From positions 4,526,001-4,590,000 of the forward strand of contig OX442314.1 of the NCBI GenBank assembly GCA_949358305.1: a stretch of 64,000 nucleotides of DNA, written 5' to 3'. Every line of letters starts with the position of its first letter. The stretch's first letter is position 1. This document shows positions 34,501 through 43,995 of this stretch, piece by piece. The position numbers were made by a program, and so were the translations under genes. The notes beneath the pieces were generated by a model, which saw only the letters and a list, made by a program, of their open reading frames with translations, had not been told where the DNA came from and searched no databases. This DNA comes from Strigamia acuminata. Lineage: Eukaryota.

Positions 34501-36326
34501 AGACTCATTGCACGTGAACAATGTTTGGACATTGGTGAAGAAGGAAAAACAAATGACTACGATAAAGAGCAAATGGATTTATCGGATAAAACTCAACGTG
34601 GACAGGAGTGTAAATAAATACAAGGCAAGATTGGTGGCAGTGGGGTATTCCCAGAGAGCAGGCATTGATTACACGGAAACTTTCTCGCCAGTTGTAAGAG
34701 TCGAATCACTCCGCATCATTTTATCCATGGTGGCCAAACACAAATTGATGACGCGTCAATTTGACATAAAAACAGCTTACCTGTACGGCCTGATTGATGA
34801 AACGATTTTCATGGAGCAGCCGGAGGGATATGAACAGAAGGACTTGATTTGCAGACTTGAACGAAGCCTTTATGGCCTGAGACAATCAGGGAGATGTTGG
34901 AACGAGAGACTGGACACGGAATTGCAGAAAATTGGCCTGACACCACTAATCAACGACAGGTGTGTGTATATTTACAAGAGAAAAAATGACTTTATTATTC
35001 TGGGGGTGTACGTAGATGACATTTTGGCAGCGTTTACTAGTCAAAAGATATTGGACCGGATTCTAAAGAAGATAAAAAGAGTTTTTGAAATTGTTGATTT
35101 GGGAGAAGTACATTTTCTTTTGGGAATGGAAATTTCGATAATGGACAACGGAATTCTAATTGGTCAACAAAAATACATAAACGATGTTTTGAAGAGATAC
35201 GAGCTGATGGACGGAGTCACTGCAAACACACCAATGGCTACTGGACAAGACTTAGATGATTTTGAGAAATCAAAAAGAGTTGACCAACAACTTTATCAGC
35301 AAATGATAGGATCGCTGATGCACGTGATGATAATATCACGACCGGACATATCATTCGCAATAAGTGCGTTGTCAGCATATTCAAGAGATCCGCGCCAATT
35401 ACACTTCAGAGCGGTCAAACGAGTGATGCGATATCTGAAGAAGACGATTGAGATGCGATTGTTTTTCTCAAATGAGGAGGGGAAATTACAAGGATTTGCG
35501 GACGCAAGCTGGAACGTCACCCAAGATGCAAAATCACATACAGGGATGATAGTAAAAATTGGATCAACAACAATAACGTGGAAAACCAAAAAACAACGAT
35601 TAGTCGCGATGTCATCGACAGAAAGCGAGATTTTGGCCATCTGCGAATTGCTGAAATCCATAAAATGGGCGCGAGACTTTTTGAGTGAAGTGGGCGAAGG
35701 AAGCTGTGTGCAGAGAAAAGTACCAATCTTCACGGACAGTCAACCAGCAATGCAGATTTTGTGCGGTTCGAACCAGTTTGGAAGAACTAAACATATGAAC
35801 CGACACTTGATGTTCATAAGGGACGAGATAAAACTTGGCAACATTGAATTAATCCATTTACCAACAGGTGACATGATTGCTGATTTCCTGACGAAGGCGG
35901 TCGCGAAAGACAAATTCATGGAGGGACGCGACGGCGTGAGTCTGAGAGGAGAAGTTAAGATAAACGAGGACGAAGAGAAGAACGAAGACGAAGACAAATA
36001 GTTTTAAGTTCGAAATAATATTTTATTCATGTTTTTTGTTTTTGTTTTCGAATTTCATTGAATGTTAGTTTTAGTTTTTCTTAATTCATTTTAAAACTTA
36101 TAAAAATTTGTAAGGAGGGTTTGTTAGATTTAATCTATTGTTACAAATTATCAAAGGTTTTAACGTTATCAAATGTGTGAACGTTGCACGCACGTAATGC
36201 ACGTGCAATTGAATTGTTGTAAAATTTACCGTAAAGTAAAGACGTGTTATTTTATGTTCCCGTTACAACGTGTGTTTTCATTACTTGGACATTCGAAATC
36301 TTTGTGGAACCGAATAGGAACCAACA
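31569..36326 (+). mobile_element. Ty1/copia LTR retrotransposon, intact
   Basis: 205-bp LTRs with no differences seen (31569-31773, 36122-36326), 5-bp TSD CATAA, PBS TGGTAGCAGA (initiator tRNA-Met type), PPT AAGGAGGG. Confidence 0.97.
31901..36001 (+). CDS. Copia Gag-Pol polyprotein (gag, protease, integrase, RT, RNase H)
   Basis: CYECGKSGHIAKDC; WILDSGAS; WHKRLCH; HMDL/RSDNGGEF/AERTNRTL; KARLVA, LYGLRQS, YVDD; ADASW...STESE...ADFLTK. Confidence 0.97.
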   Translation: MADAISGGSLNRIDLLTPENYFIWQFKVGTLLAAKSLKNMITDPAVAEPVVGAPGYADNLIKYNTWVKNNNEALGIIILTVSNEEATNCMGKTSAKEVWDALKALYAGTTEERQIDAAAELCELRMRHDEAVDSYLNRAKSIQSRAKAVGRDIKDRELMMYVTRGLVTRFSHIARNFRSNAAATIEELRRELKMEDQWSAFNLKGAATESGTVAFKAQVGKNSGGRKTKGGTKFVCYECGKSGHIAKDCWQRHPEKRPTKMTQRPKEAAKMAQAEVEFATIQHALVVELESSDHLDDWILDSGASVHMSSKRELFKTFVEMETTITTAKKGVKLLATGKGSIILDCQLDGAATMKILLQDVLFVPELKGNLLSIPRLTAKNYTVQFRGNWADINSPIGETIGKGAKCGTMYLLQLKKEEQANAVATTTKQTKEIWHKRLCHANERTIDKMTNKELVYGLEYNNAPLEKCTACILGKMTKSPYKRINEKQSDDVLQLIHMDLIGPFKTPSMGGSRYAFVITEDFTRKKFAYFMSEKSQTFDFFKSFKAMAEKQTGNKLKRIRSDNGGEFVNENFKRLCNDEGILHELTVPFNAASNGIAERTNRTLVEATRTLLLESGLPQIFWAEAFSTSIHVKNRTLTKPNGDLVPEEMWMKRKQSIKHLRVFGCEAFLHIPAEKRQKLDQKAKRGIFVGYSTERKAFRIYVPAEKKIQEGRTVEFNEEIRGADIFNLTKPDENRRFCQEFEDEAIGETNANDDNNAQQPAVIVEDEQQELQRDQPAQIGRPRGSTQAVLEQRHAEQMEQREQQLQQEGVRRSQRIAAQHEAVNAAVEAANAAFEGVDDLFTPETYEQAINCDEKEKWKTAMDSEIDSLHVNNVWTLVKKEKQMTTIKSKWIYRIKLNVDRSVNKYKARLVAVGYSQRAGIDYTETFSPVVRVESLRIILSMVAKHKLMTRQFDIKTAYLYGLIDETIFMEQPEGYEQKDLICRLERSLYGLRQSGRCWNERLDTELQKIGLTPLINDRCVYIYKRKNDFIILGVYVDDILAAFTSQKILDRILKKIKRVFEIVDLGEVHFLLGMEISIMDNGILIGQQKYINDVLKRYELMDGVTANTPMATGQDLDDFEKSKRVDQQLYQQMIGSLMHVMIISRPDISFAISALSAYSRDPRQLHFRAVKRVMRYLKKTIEMRLFFSNEEGKLQGFADASWNVTQDAKSHTGMIVKIGSTTITWKTKKQRLVAMSSTESEILAICELLKSIKWARDFLSEVGEGSCVQRKVPIFTDSQPAMQILCGSNQFGRTKHMNRHLMFIRDEIKLGNIELIHLPTGDMIADFLTKAVAKDKFMEGRDGVSLRGEVKINEDEEKNEDEDK

Positions 36327-37159
36327 CATAATGCCAACGCCCAAAGGATCGTTCTCTTTGTTAGTACCGTTAACACATTTAATGGGATTTTTCGAAGACT
36401 ATACGAAAATCATATATGGTGCCAAACAAGTTTTGACCTTAATGCGAACTCACGACAACGATGCCATTTTTAAAGCGATACAGTCCGGTCCCGCCCCAAA
36501 AGTAAACACCCCCGTTGGAAAAATTATCATCGAACAGTTATATTGGTTGATGCCGCACGTCTTACCGTCCGATATCCAAAAGAATAGATTACTCACTGCC
36601 ATAGATAGAGGGGTGAACGTTCCATTAGCTTTTCGACATTGGTCGTTCGAAATGACAGACGTGCCACAAAGTAAGGAACACGCGTGGAGAGTGGTAACAA
36701 CCAGCACGTCAGAAAAACCACGTTACATCATCGTGGCTTTACAAACGAATAAAAGAGACGACCAATTAAAAAATCCAGCCACATTTGATAACTGCAATGT
36801 AACGGAAGTTCATGCCTACTTAAATTCGGAACGATATCCTTATCTGGACAGTAACAATGATTTTAAGAAAGCCAATTTCTGTAAATTCTTAGAAAGTTGC
36901 ATTCAATTTAGAAAAGACTATTACGGTGCCGACGATTTACCGTTTAATACTTACGAGTACGGAAATATATACCCGCTCATCGTAATAGATTGCACGAAAC
37001 AAAGCGAAAGAATGAAAACCGGAATAATGGACGTGCAAATAAAAATGAAATTTGCGGAAACCGTTCCTGCCGACACTAAAGCCTACGCTTTGATAATAAG
37101 CGATAGACTAATGACTATGAAATTAGACAAGGGTAAAATCGAAGTATTATATTAGATTT

Positions 37160-37320
37160 TAAAATAATATATACGTATATAAAATATATATAAATATATA
37201 TAATATATAATATATATATAATATATATATATATATAATATATATATAATATATATAATATATAATATATAATATATATAAATAAATATATATAAAATAA
37301 TATATACGTATATAAAAAAA
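37160..37320. repeat. (AT)n-type low-complexity microsatellite
   Basis: Almost pure A/T alternation between the MCP and core genes. Confidence 0.85.
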
Positions 37321-37329
37321 GAAATAAAA

Positions 37330-37797
37330 ATGTATAAGATACATAAAGTGAATCTATCTCCGAATCAACAACGAAAAATATCCAAGTCTGTCAAAAAAAA
37401 GATACCCTTGCATTTAAGATTGAAATACGAACAATTAAACGGCAATCATGGCTTGTCTCTTACGGATAGACAAATAAACAAGATCAAAAAAGCCGGTTCT
37501 AAAAAGAAAGGCATGACTTTGAGTATACCTTCGAATCAAATTAAACAATCTGGCGGATTTTTCCCTTTATTACTTCCACTATTGGGGGCTTTAGGCGGTC
37601 TCGCTGGCGGTGCGGCAGGAATTGCCAAAGCTGTCGATGAGGCAAAAACCAACAAGAGAATGCTCGATGAGACAAAACGTCATAATGCAGTTTCAGAAGG
37701 TAAAGGAATGCAATTCGCAAAAAAAAAATCGCGGAAACGCAAGTCTGGAAAAGGTTTTTACTTGAAACCTTACGGCTCACTGGTGACAAAAAAATAA
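37330..37797 (+). CDS. Basic core protein with an adenovirus pX-like hydrophobic segment
   Basis: Lys-rich; QSGG|FFPLLLPLLGALGGLAGGAAGIAKAV resembles the adenoviral pX C-terminus (GGFLPALIPIIAAAIGA); GKG motifs. Confidence 0.7.
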   Translation: MYKIHKVNLSPNQQRKISKSVKKKIPLHLRLKYEQLNGNHGLSLTDRQINKIKKAGSKKKGMTLSIPSNQIKQSGGFFPLLLPLLGALGGLAGGAAGIAKAVDEAKTNKRMLDETKRHNAVSEGKGMQFAKKKSRKRKSGKGFYLKPYGSLVTKK

Positions 37798-38153
37798 AAC
37801 CGCTAGATTCGTTGCAGTTGGAGGAACTGGCCAGACGAATGAAAATTTCATTTTTTAGAGGAGTGTTTTCGAGAGATACTTTACCCGTCAAACCACGATC
37901 GAAAGAATGTGGAATTATTAATTTGAACACGCACCACGAAAGCGGAAGTCATTGGGTGGCATACAGTAAAATTGGAAATAAGAAGCTGTACTTCGATAGT
38001 TTCGGAGACTTGCCACCCCCGTTGGAATTATACGATTATCTGGGAGACAACATAAAATACAATTACAATCAGTATCAAAATTTTGACGAAATTACTTGCG
38101 GCCATTTGTGCTTATATGTTTTAAAAAAATGGAGGAAAGAAGAAAAAAAATAA
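37794..38153 (+). CDS. Adenain-like cysteine protease, copy 2 (no ATG at the homologous N-terminus)
   Basis: FRGVFSRDTLP...IINL...GSHWVAY...YFDSFG..PP...QYQ...TCGHLCL; frame is open upstream through IKPLDSLQL and is -1 relative to the core gene. Confidence 0.88.
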   Translation: MKPLDSLQLEELARRMKISFFRGVFSRDTLPVKPRSKECGIINLNTHHESGSHWVAYSKIGNKKLYFDSFGDLPPPLELYDYLGDNIKYNYNQYQNFDEITCGHLCLYVLKKWRKEEKK

Positions 38154-38187
38154 TTAAAAAATAGTTTTTTTCCCTTCTATTAAAAAA

Positions 38188-39828
38188 ATGGTAAGCGTAA
38201 ATAAACTAGGAGACGATTATCGTCTTAACGCAGTGCATAAATTGGGCAAACGTCAACGTCGAGAAGTAGATGAGGTTCTCGCAGATCACGTTGGTTACGA
38301 TGCATTATCCGATCTAGAAAAAAAAATTTTTGACGAGATCACAAAGACTAAAAATGCCCTGAAAGCTGCTTGCGATTCTATAATTAACGATTTGAACGCA
38401 TTAAAACGTACCGTACAAGATCAAGCTAGTAAGCTAACGGGGCAAGGCGAAGGAATTGATACGAAGGATATTGATAAACTCAAAAATGATATTGCCTATG
38501 CTACTATAAAATATGGAACGTTGGAACAAGATTTGATTAAGAAAATTAAAGAATTAGAAGCGAACATTAAGATATTAGTAGATAATGCGACTGCTTCCGG
38601 TGGTGTAGAAGTTGACGAAAAACAAATAAGCGCATTAGAAATCAAAATCAAAGACTTGATAAATGACGTTAAATCCGAGTTGGAATCTGCGATCGAAGAT
38701 TTAAAGACTGGGTTGGAGACGTTGACTAATAGCTTAATCCAGAATAAAACCGATTATGATACAAAAATAAACGAAGCATTGGATGAAGTAGAAACCAAAA
38801 TCCAGAACTTAGACGTGGACAAAATCAGAACCAACATCGAGGCATCAAATGACAAGATAAAACAAGCACAGGATGATATAAAAAAGTTAGAAAAAAGTGT
38901 GGAAAATGAGGTTAAAGCCTTGGAAACCAAAATCAAAGCTTTACCCGCAAAATTTGGTGTTAGTAGCGAAAGTACGGAAGACTTAAAAACCAAAATTGAA
39001 GCGGCGAAAGCGGAGCTAGACACAGTCAGTACTGCCATTCAAAAAGATCTGGACGAGACTAAACTTAAATTAAACGAGTACGTAGACGAAAATTCCGTAA
39101 AGTCAGATAAAATGCAAACGAGCGTCAACGAGGTTACCGATAAAATCAAATTAGCCAACGAACAAATAATAACGTTGCAGGAAAACATGTTGTCCATTTT
39201 GACATCCGTTCAAGAAGAAATATCAAAAATTAGCGCAATTCCGAGCGTTGACGAATCAAGTTTTGCTCCCGCTGCTTTGGCCGGCACTGTCGATACGGTA
39301 GAAGCCACGTTAAATTCTAACATCGAAGCGAACAAAATAGAAGTTAATAAGAAATTGACGGAATTAGAAGACAAAATATCAAATCTAAATATTCCCGAAG
39401 TAGAAGAACAGGCCGATTTAGTGCTAGGGTTCCTACATTCGCAACGGACCGATTGGTTTTTGAAGGTGTCCGAAGAATGGAAATTATTTGCACATAATGG
39501 GAAGTTTTATACTCCTCATTACGGGCATATAACGCGAATCAGTTTATTCATGTATGCTACTACAGCAGAATACACAGTAATACCTAACGAGTTTGAGTTT
39601 ATCTTGTCTATTAACGGGCATGGTCGAACGTTCCATATTCCACGTACAGATGTTACAAAAACACCACGTAAAATGCCGGTATGTTTTAGAACGTACAATT
39701 TAGAGAAAAAAGTAGATTTTGATGATAACGATCACATTAGAATATCTACTGTCACCGATTGGAGTCCGGAAATAAAAGTTTACGCCCTCGTGTATTGCAG
39801 ATTCGATCGTAGTAAATGGGACGATTAA
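38188..39828 (+). CDS. Long coiled-coil protein with a beta-rich C-terminal domain (possible fibre/attachment protein)
   Basis: ~370 aa of heptad-like E/K/L/I sequence followed by ~135 aa aromatic/beta-rich tail. Confidence 0.6.
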   Translation: MVSVNKLGDDYRLNAVHKLGKRQRREVDEVLADHVGYDALSDLEKKIFDEITKTKNALKAACDSIINDLNALKRTVQDQASKLTGQGEGIDTKDIDKLKNDIAYATIKYGTLEQDLIKKIKELEANIKILVDNATASGGVEVDEKQISALEIKIKDLINDVKSELESAIEDLKTGLETLTNSLIQNKTDYDTKINEALDEVETKIQNLDVDKIRTNIEASNDKIKQAQDDIKKLEKSVENEVKALETKIKALPAKFGVSSESTEDLKTKIEAAKAELDTVSTAIQKDLDETKLKLNEYVDENSVKSDKMQTSVNEVTDKIKLANEQIITLQENMLSILTSVQEEISKISAIPSVDESSFAPAALAGTVDTVEATLNSNIEANKIEVNKKLTELEDKISNLNIPEVEEQADLVLGFLHSQRTDWFLKVSEEWKLFAHNGKFYTPHYGHITRISLFMYATTAEYTVIPNEFEFILSINGHGRTFHIPRTDVTKTPRKMPVCFRTYNLEKKVDFDDNDHIRISTVTDWSPEIKVYALVYCRFDRSKWDD

Positions 39829-39844
39829 ACTAACCATCGTCATA

Positions 39845-42800
39845 TTAATCCTCCGCCAAGCTTACGTATCCATAAGCCAAAGTATGAATACAATCATCCA
39901 ATATCACTCGTTTCTTGTCTTTCGCCGACAATGCCAATTTGTCCACCTTGACCGTTGTGAGATCGTGCAGTTTTGATTTGATCGTTTCAAATTTCAATCT
40001 GTGGGCCTCCCGTTCACCGAACAATATCTTCTTGTACGCCTCCAAGTCCAGCTCTTGCTCCACGACAGCCTTCTTTATGCCTTTACATCGCATGCTCGTT
40101 TTCCCGTTCACGTTATAAGCGTAACATTTGGCTCTTAGCCCTACAAACTCTTCTATCGGCTCGCCGGCAGTCTCGTCTTTGAAGCATCCTATGACACGCC
40201 TGTTTCTGCCATCGGGTGGGTGGTAATTAGACAGATCCATCACTTGTGGTATTTCTTCTCTGAAGAACGAGTAGACTGACGGAGCTTCTATTTCGTACAT
40301 CAAACTATCCGTATCTGTCATCAGCAATCTCAGCTTGTCTGAGAATTTTTTTTTCATGACGTTGTAATGAAAGTCGTAGAGCAAGCATTTAGACAAGTCC
40401 AGGATAGTTAAACCGCTGTAAATAGGTTTGTCTAACGTCAATTCCAGCTTTCGCCGTTCAACCAACACCAGTTTTTTGTTTAATTTTTTTTTTCCTTTGA
40501 AACCGACGTGGTTGACGTGAGTATTCAAGTCTTTTGCATTGTTTACCAGATAAAATTGTCTATATTTCCTCACGTCCTGCAAGGTTTTTCCAAAGACCGA
40601 ATTGTTAGCTAATTTCGCCAATTCCTGCTCAAAATCACTGGTAGCTGACTTCCGTTTCTCAATATTCAATTTGATATACTTGGCCAGCCACGGTTTTTGC
40701 TCAAACGTCAGCACTCTTTTTATTTTCATCAACGTCATGCCCAGGGACAAGTACAATTGCAGAGCTCTGTAATGCAGAATGTAATTACAACGAGCTTGCA
40801 AATGCGGGATTAATCTGGGAGAAGTGTCATCCCCAGAACGTATCATTTCCGGAGCCAAAGGCAAACAATTGTGGGACGAATGCAGTTCTTGCGGATATCC
40901 CAAATCCACTTCCAAGATGCATCCCATCGTATCGTTCTCTCCCATTTTTAAAATCCGTTCTTGTGACCATTCGGCTACATTATCGTCGAAGGCAAACTTG
41001 CCAACTGGTAGCGGTTTGCTCATTGCCCAGGAATACATGGAATTCGCATCCAAATAGACGATGTAACTCTCTGGTTTCTCGCAATCGTATCCCGATGCCA
41101 GAAGAGGATTATTGGCTTTGGCGTAGCGTTGACTGATAGTGGCAACACCGCCTCTTATTCCTTGTTCGACAAACATGTACATATCTGGATCAGACAGAAG
41201 CTCCAATTTAACTTCGGTGATGAGCAGCGCAGCGTCCCAAGAAAGACTTGGAAACGTGATGTAATGACAGGGGTCTAGCTTGTAGTGATTTAAACACATT
41301 TTTCTGAACTGTTCGAATATATCCGCCAACAACAGAGTGTCGGTCTTCAGATACAAATCGTGATATTCGCCCATGTTTTTAATTCCGAACGTTTTCCAAA
41401 CTAACTGGGCATATTGGTATTCGTCGTCGGTTATGTTCTCAAATTCTTCTTTCGGCGGAAGTTTATCTTCTTGAAATTTTGACCAACCGGTCATATATCT
41501 GTAAGGGTACACTCCTTTCCTCAACAGAAGATCAATTTCCTCGCCTTTAAACTCGCTTCGAAAGACAGCGAACTGCGACTTCTCTAGATTTTTTGCCAAA
41601 TTGGATAAACTGCTCGCGAGAAATTGGAAACTATCCATGAATTTTAACGTTACGACCTGTTTTGGATCATCACCGGTCTTGATTTTCAACGTGAACGATT
41701 TGTATAATTCCGAGTTTTCGGCGATCATCGTCACTTTTTCTGACGCGACGGTCAAATGCGGCAATATTAGATGAAAATCATACTTTTTTCCATTATGGAA
41801 AATTATAGGCACAGATTTCCGCCAATGGTAGTTGAGGTTACAATTAGCGTGTGCGGCCCCACGAAACTTCCCGGTGAAATGGTTATGATCCAAGACTTTT
41901 GTCAAGCCTTTTAATTCTTCCAAGAATTCATCACCGCATAAGTAACACGTTGTTGCATTTCTATAAGCGATCCATTGAAGCGAAGTCATCGTTTTGGAAT
42001 TGAATTGTTTATGTTCCAATTCGGAAAATTGCTGAACCACGGCTTTAATTTCCGCACGCAACGATTGCAAAAAATGATCGACGGCATCCGGACCTCTATA
42101 CAGCTGTAACGGTCTGGAATAAGCTTCGTTCTCAGTGCACACTACTTTAAACGAATAACCGCACGGCTCGTGAGAATTAATGATGATCGAATGTAAAGTG
42201 GGTTCGCTCTCCGCATCAGGTACTAAGAATGCCTCGAAATCGGCGTAACAAACGTACGGTAAAGGATATTTTTTTTTCTCACTTTTGAACGTACAGATAG
42301 CTCCTTCGTCGGGACATTTAGTGCTGCAGGCTTTATATTTCCCGCAGTATCGTTTATGCCTAACGAGCACTATGGCACTGGAAAACCCGTTCATACAGTT
42401 CATGCAATAATACCGCTTATGTTTATTGCCGGCGCTCAAGAGTCGCGAGAAATCCCTGATCCACATGTAATGATTTTGTTTCTTCAGTAGGTTAATAGTG
42501 ATAAGGCGGTTCGTCAGAATATCTACTTTAATCGGAACAATGCGGGACTTGGGCAGCAACTCGAATACATTAATGTTCAAACTTACATTCTGTCTTTCGA
42601 ACGTAAGCACTTCTTTCGGCCCCACGGGAAAAACTAGCCCTTCGAGATTGAGTTTATTCATAAACTGTTCGTAATAATCCGCTCTGCAAACATGAACGGG
42701 GGCTGGATACAAGGCAGCTAATACAGACCATAAAAAACTTTTTTGATCCGAGTTCTGGACATTTACAACGGCCTTTTTTTTCTGCAGACATTCGTCCAGT

Positions 42801-43861
42801 TCCTGATACGACGATTTTTCGGGAACGGAGTGGAATATCGACGCATGTTTGTCTCTTCCCACGCAGCTCTTGAATTGGTTATCGCAGTAGTGACACGGAA
42901 AATAACCCAGCAACCGTTTTGGATCCCTCACAAGTCCGTAGCTATTCTTTCCGTAGAAGAATAGATCTACGTGATGTTTCCTGTTTCTGTGAACGGTAAC
43001 GTATCTTTCCACGCGATCGCCATTGCAATAATAAATAGTTACTTCGATATCGGGATTCTGCGACTGGAATTTTTCTAGGTTTCTGTAAGGCAGCGGAAAT
43101 TCTAAGCCTTGCAAGTTCAATTCGTGCTCATACTTCAAGTAATTAGATATGCGTTCGGCATTAATAGCTACCGGATGTAAAGATGCAAGAATGGCCCAAA
43201 CAAAAGACTTTCGCAAATCCATTTTAAAAGTCAAAACCGCTTTCTTATTGCGAATGACGGCCGATAAATCAATATTCGAACCCAATGGAAAGAAGATGGC
43301 ATCTTTGCCCCATTCACCTTTCTGTTTTAAAATATCAAAATCAATTTTAAGAGCCTCTACACATACTAAACAGAAGTAGTCGTGAGTTTCTACATATTCA
43401 GCACTTTCTTCGGCCAGTTGCCTCGCAGCCAAATCCAAAATTGGATCAACATCATCCGTTAACATCACGAACGGCCCGGCCCGGTACCAAAAAAGAGCTG
43501 GCGACAATTTCACGGAATGCCGATATCTCAATTGCATCATAACACTCACTTTGCACGAATTCATGTCGGCTGCAACTTCCGCCACCAAAGCACGGATATT
43601 TGGAGCGGCATCTTTAATCACATCTTCTATTTCACAAATCCTTTCATCGAAATTGACCATGTACTCGCGCGATTGTCCATCAAAGATACCTTTATGAAGA
43701 TAATACGGAACTGAGATAATCTTCTCAAAATCTTTATATTCGCCGCATTTCTTCAAAAGTTGATCCAAACCGACATTAAACTTGAAAGCCCTAGATAAAT
43801 CGCCCCTTTTTCTTTTTCCTTTTAAAAACTCGACACATTTTCTGAATTTGTATCTATTCAT
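39845..43861 (-). CDS. Protein-primed family B DNA polymerase (pPolB) with N-terminal extension, zinc fingers and endonuclease-VII-like insert
   Basis: YADFEA, FHNGKKYDFH, YLKTDTLLLADIFE exonuclease motifs; YLDANSMY, KLANNSVFGK, TDTDSL polymerase motifs; CYLC...VLDHNHFTGKFRGAAHANCN; first ATG at 43861 (ORF track 43870). Confidence 0.96.
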   Translation of the reverse strand: MNRYKFRKCVEFLKGKRKRGDLSRAFKFNVGLDQLLKKCGEYKDFEKIISVPYYLHKGIFDGQSREYMVNFDERICEIEDVIKDAAPNIRALVAEVAADMNSCKVSVMMQLRYRHSVKLSPALFWYRAGPFVMLTDDVDPILDLAARQLAEESAEYVETHDYFCLVCVEALKIDFDILKQKGEWGKDAIFFPLGSNIDLSAVIRNKKAVLTFKMDLRKSFVWAILASLHPVAINAERISNYLKYEHELNLQGLEFPLPYRNLEKFQSQNPDIEVTIYYCNGDRVERYVTVHRNRKHHVDLFFYGKNSYGLVRDPKRLLGYFPCHYCDNQFKSCVGRDKHASIFHSVPEKSSYQELDECLQKKKAVVNVQNSDQKSFLWSVLAALYPAPVHVCRADYYEQFMNKLNLEGLVFPVGPKEVLTFERQNVSLNINVFELLPKSRIVPIKVDILTNRLITINLLKKQNHYMWIRDFSRLLSAGNKHKRYYCMNCMNGFSSAIVLVRHKRYCGKYKACSTKCPDEGAICTFKSEKKKYPLPYVCYADFEAFLVPDAESEPTLHSIIINSHEPCGYSFKVVCTENEAYSRPLQLYRGPDAVDHFLQSLRAEIKAVVQQFSELEHKQFNSKTMTSLQWIAYRNATTCYLCGDEFLEELKGLTKVLDHNHFTGKFRGAAHANCNLNYHWRKSVPIIFHNGKKYDFHLILPHLTVASEKVTMIAENSELYKSFTLKIKTGDDPKQVVTLKFMDSFQFLASSLSNLAKNLEKSQFAVFRSEFKGEEIDLLLRKGVYPYRYMTGWSKFQEDKLPPKEEFENITDDEYQYAQLVWKTFGIKNMGEYHDLYLKTDTLLLADIFEQFRKMCLNHYKLDPCHYITFPSLSWDAALLITEVKLELLSDPDMYMFVEQGIRGGVATISQRYAKANNPLLASGYDCEKPESYIVYLDANSMYSWAMSKPLPVGKFAFDDNVAEWSQERILKMGENDTMGCILEVDLGYPQELHSSHNCLPLAPEMIRSGDDTSPRLIPHLQARCNYILHYRALQLYLSLGMTLMKIKRVLTFEQKPWLAKYIKLNIEKRKSATSDFEQELAKLANNSVFGKTLQDVRKYRQFYLVNNAKDLNTHVNHVGFKGKKKLNKKLVLVERRKLELTLDKPIYSGLTILDLSKCLLYDFHYNVMKKKFSDKLRLLMTDTDSLMYEIEAPSVYSFFREEIPQVMDLSNYHPPDGRNRRVIGCFKDETAGEPIEEFVGLRAKCYAYNVNGKTSMRCKGIKKAVVEQELDLEAYKKILFGEREAHRLKFETIKSKLHDLTTVKVDKLALSAKDKKRVILDDCIHTLAYGYVSLAED

Positions 43862-43995
43862 TCTGAGCACAGAATGAATCTAAATCATTATTCTTTTTTA
43901 TATAAAAGAAAAATAAATTTTAAAAAAAAGGAAAATTGATTAAGAATGAAACATACTTTTAGGAATTTTTTTATTTATTAATTAATTAATTAATG

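Larger units (their letters stand above)
31073..37155 (+). pseudogene. Double jelly-roll major capsid protein gene interrupted by a copia element (31073-31568 + 36332-37155; ~439 aa when rejoined)
   Basis: Removing the copia and one TSD gives an in-frame ...RRIFYNI-MPTPKGSFSLLVPLTHLMGFFEDYTKII...KPRYIIVALQT...LNSERYPY...VIDCTKQ; motifs typical of Polinton MCP. Confidence 0.9.

Noticed and set aside
36244..36330. N-terminus of the 303-aa ORF, and the C-terminal tail of ORF 31073..31627
   Set aside because: These parts are translated copia LTR sequence; the real gene is the split MCP
37159..37344. 61-aa Ile/Tyr-rich ORF
   Set aside because: Translation of an AT microsatellite
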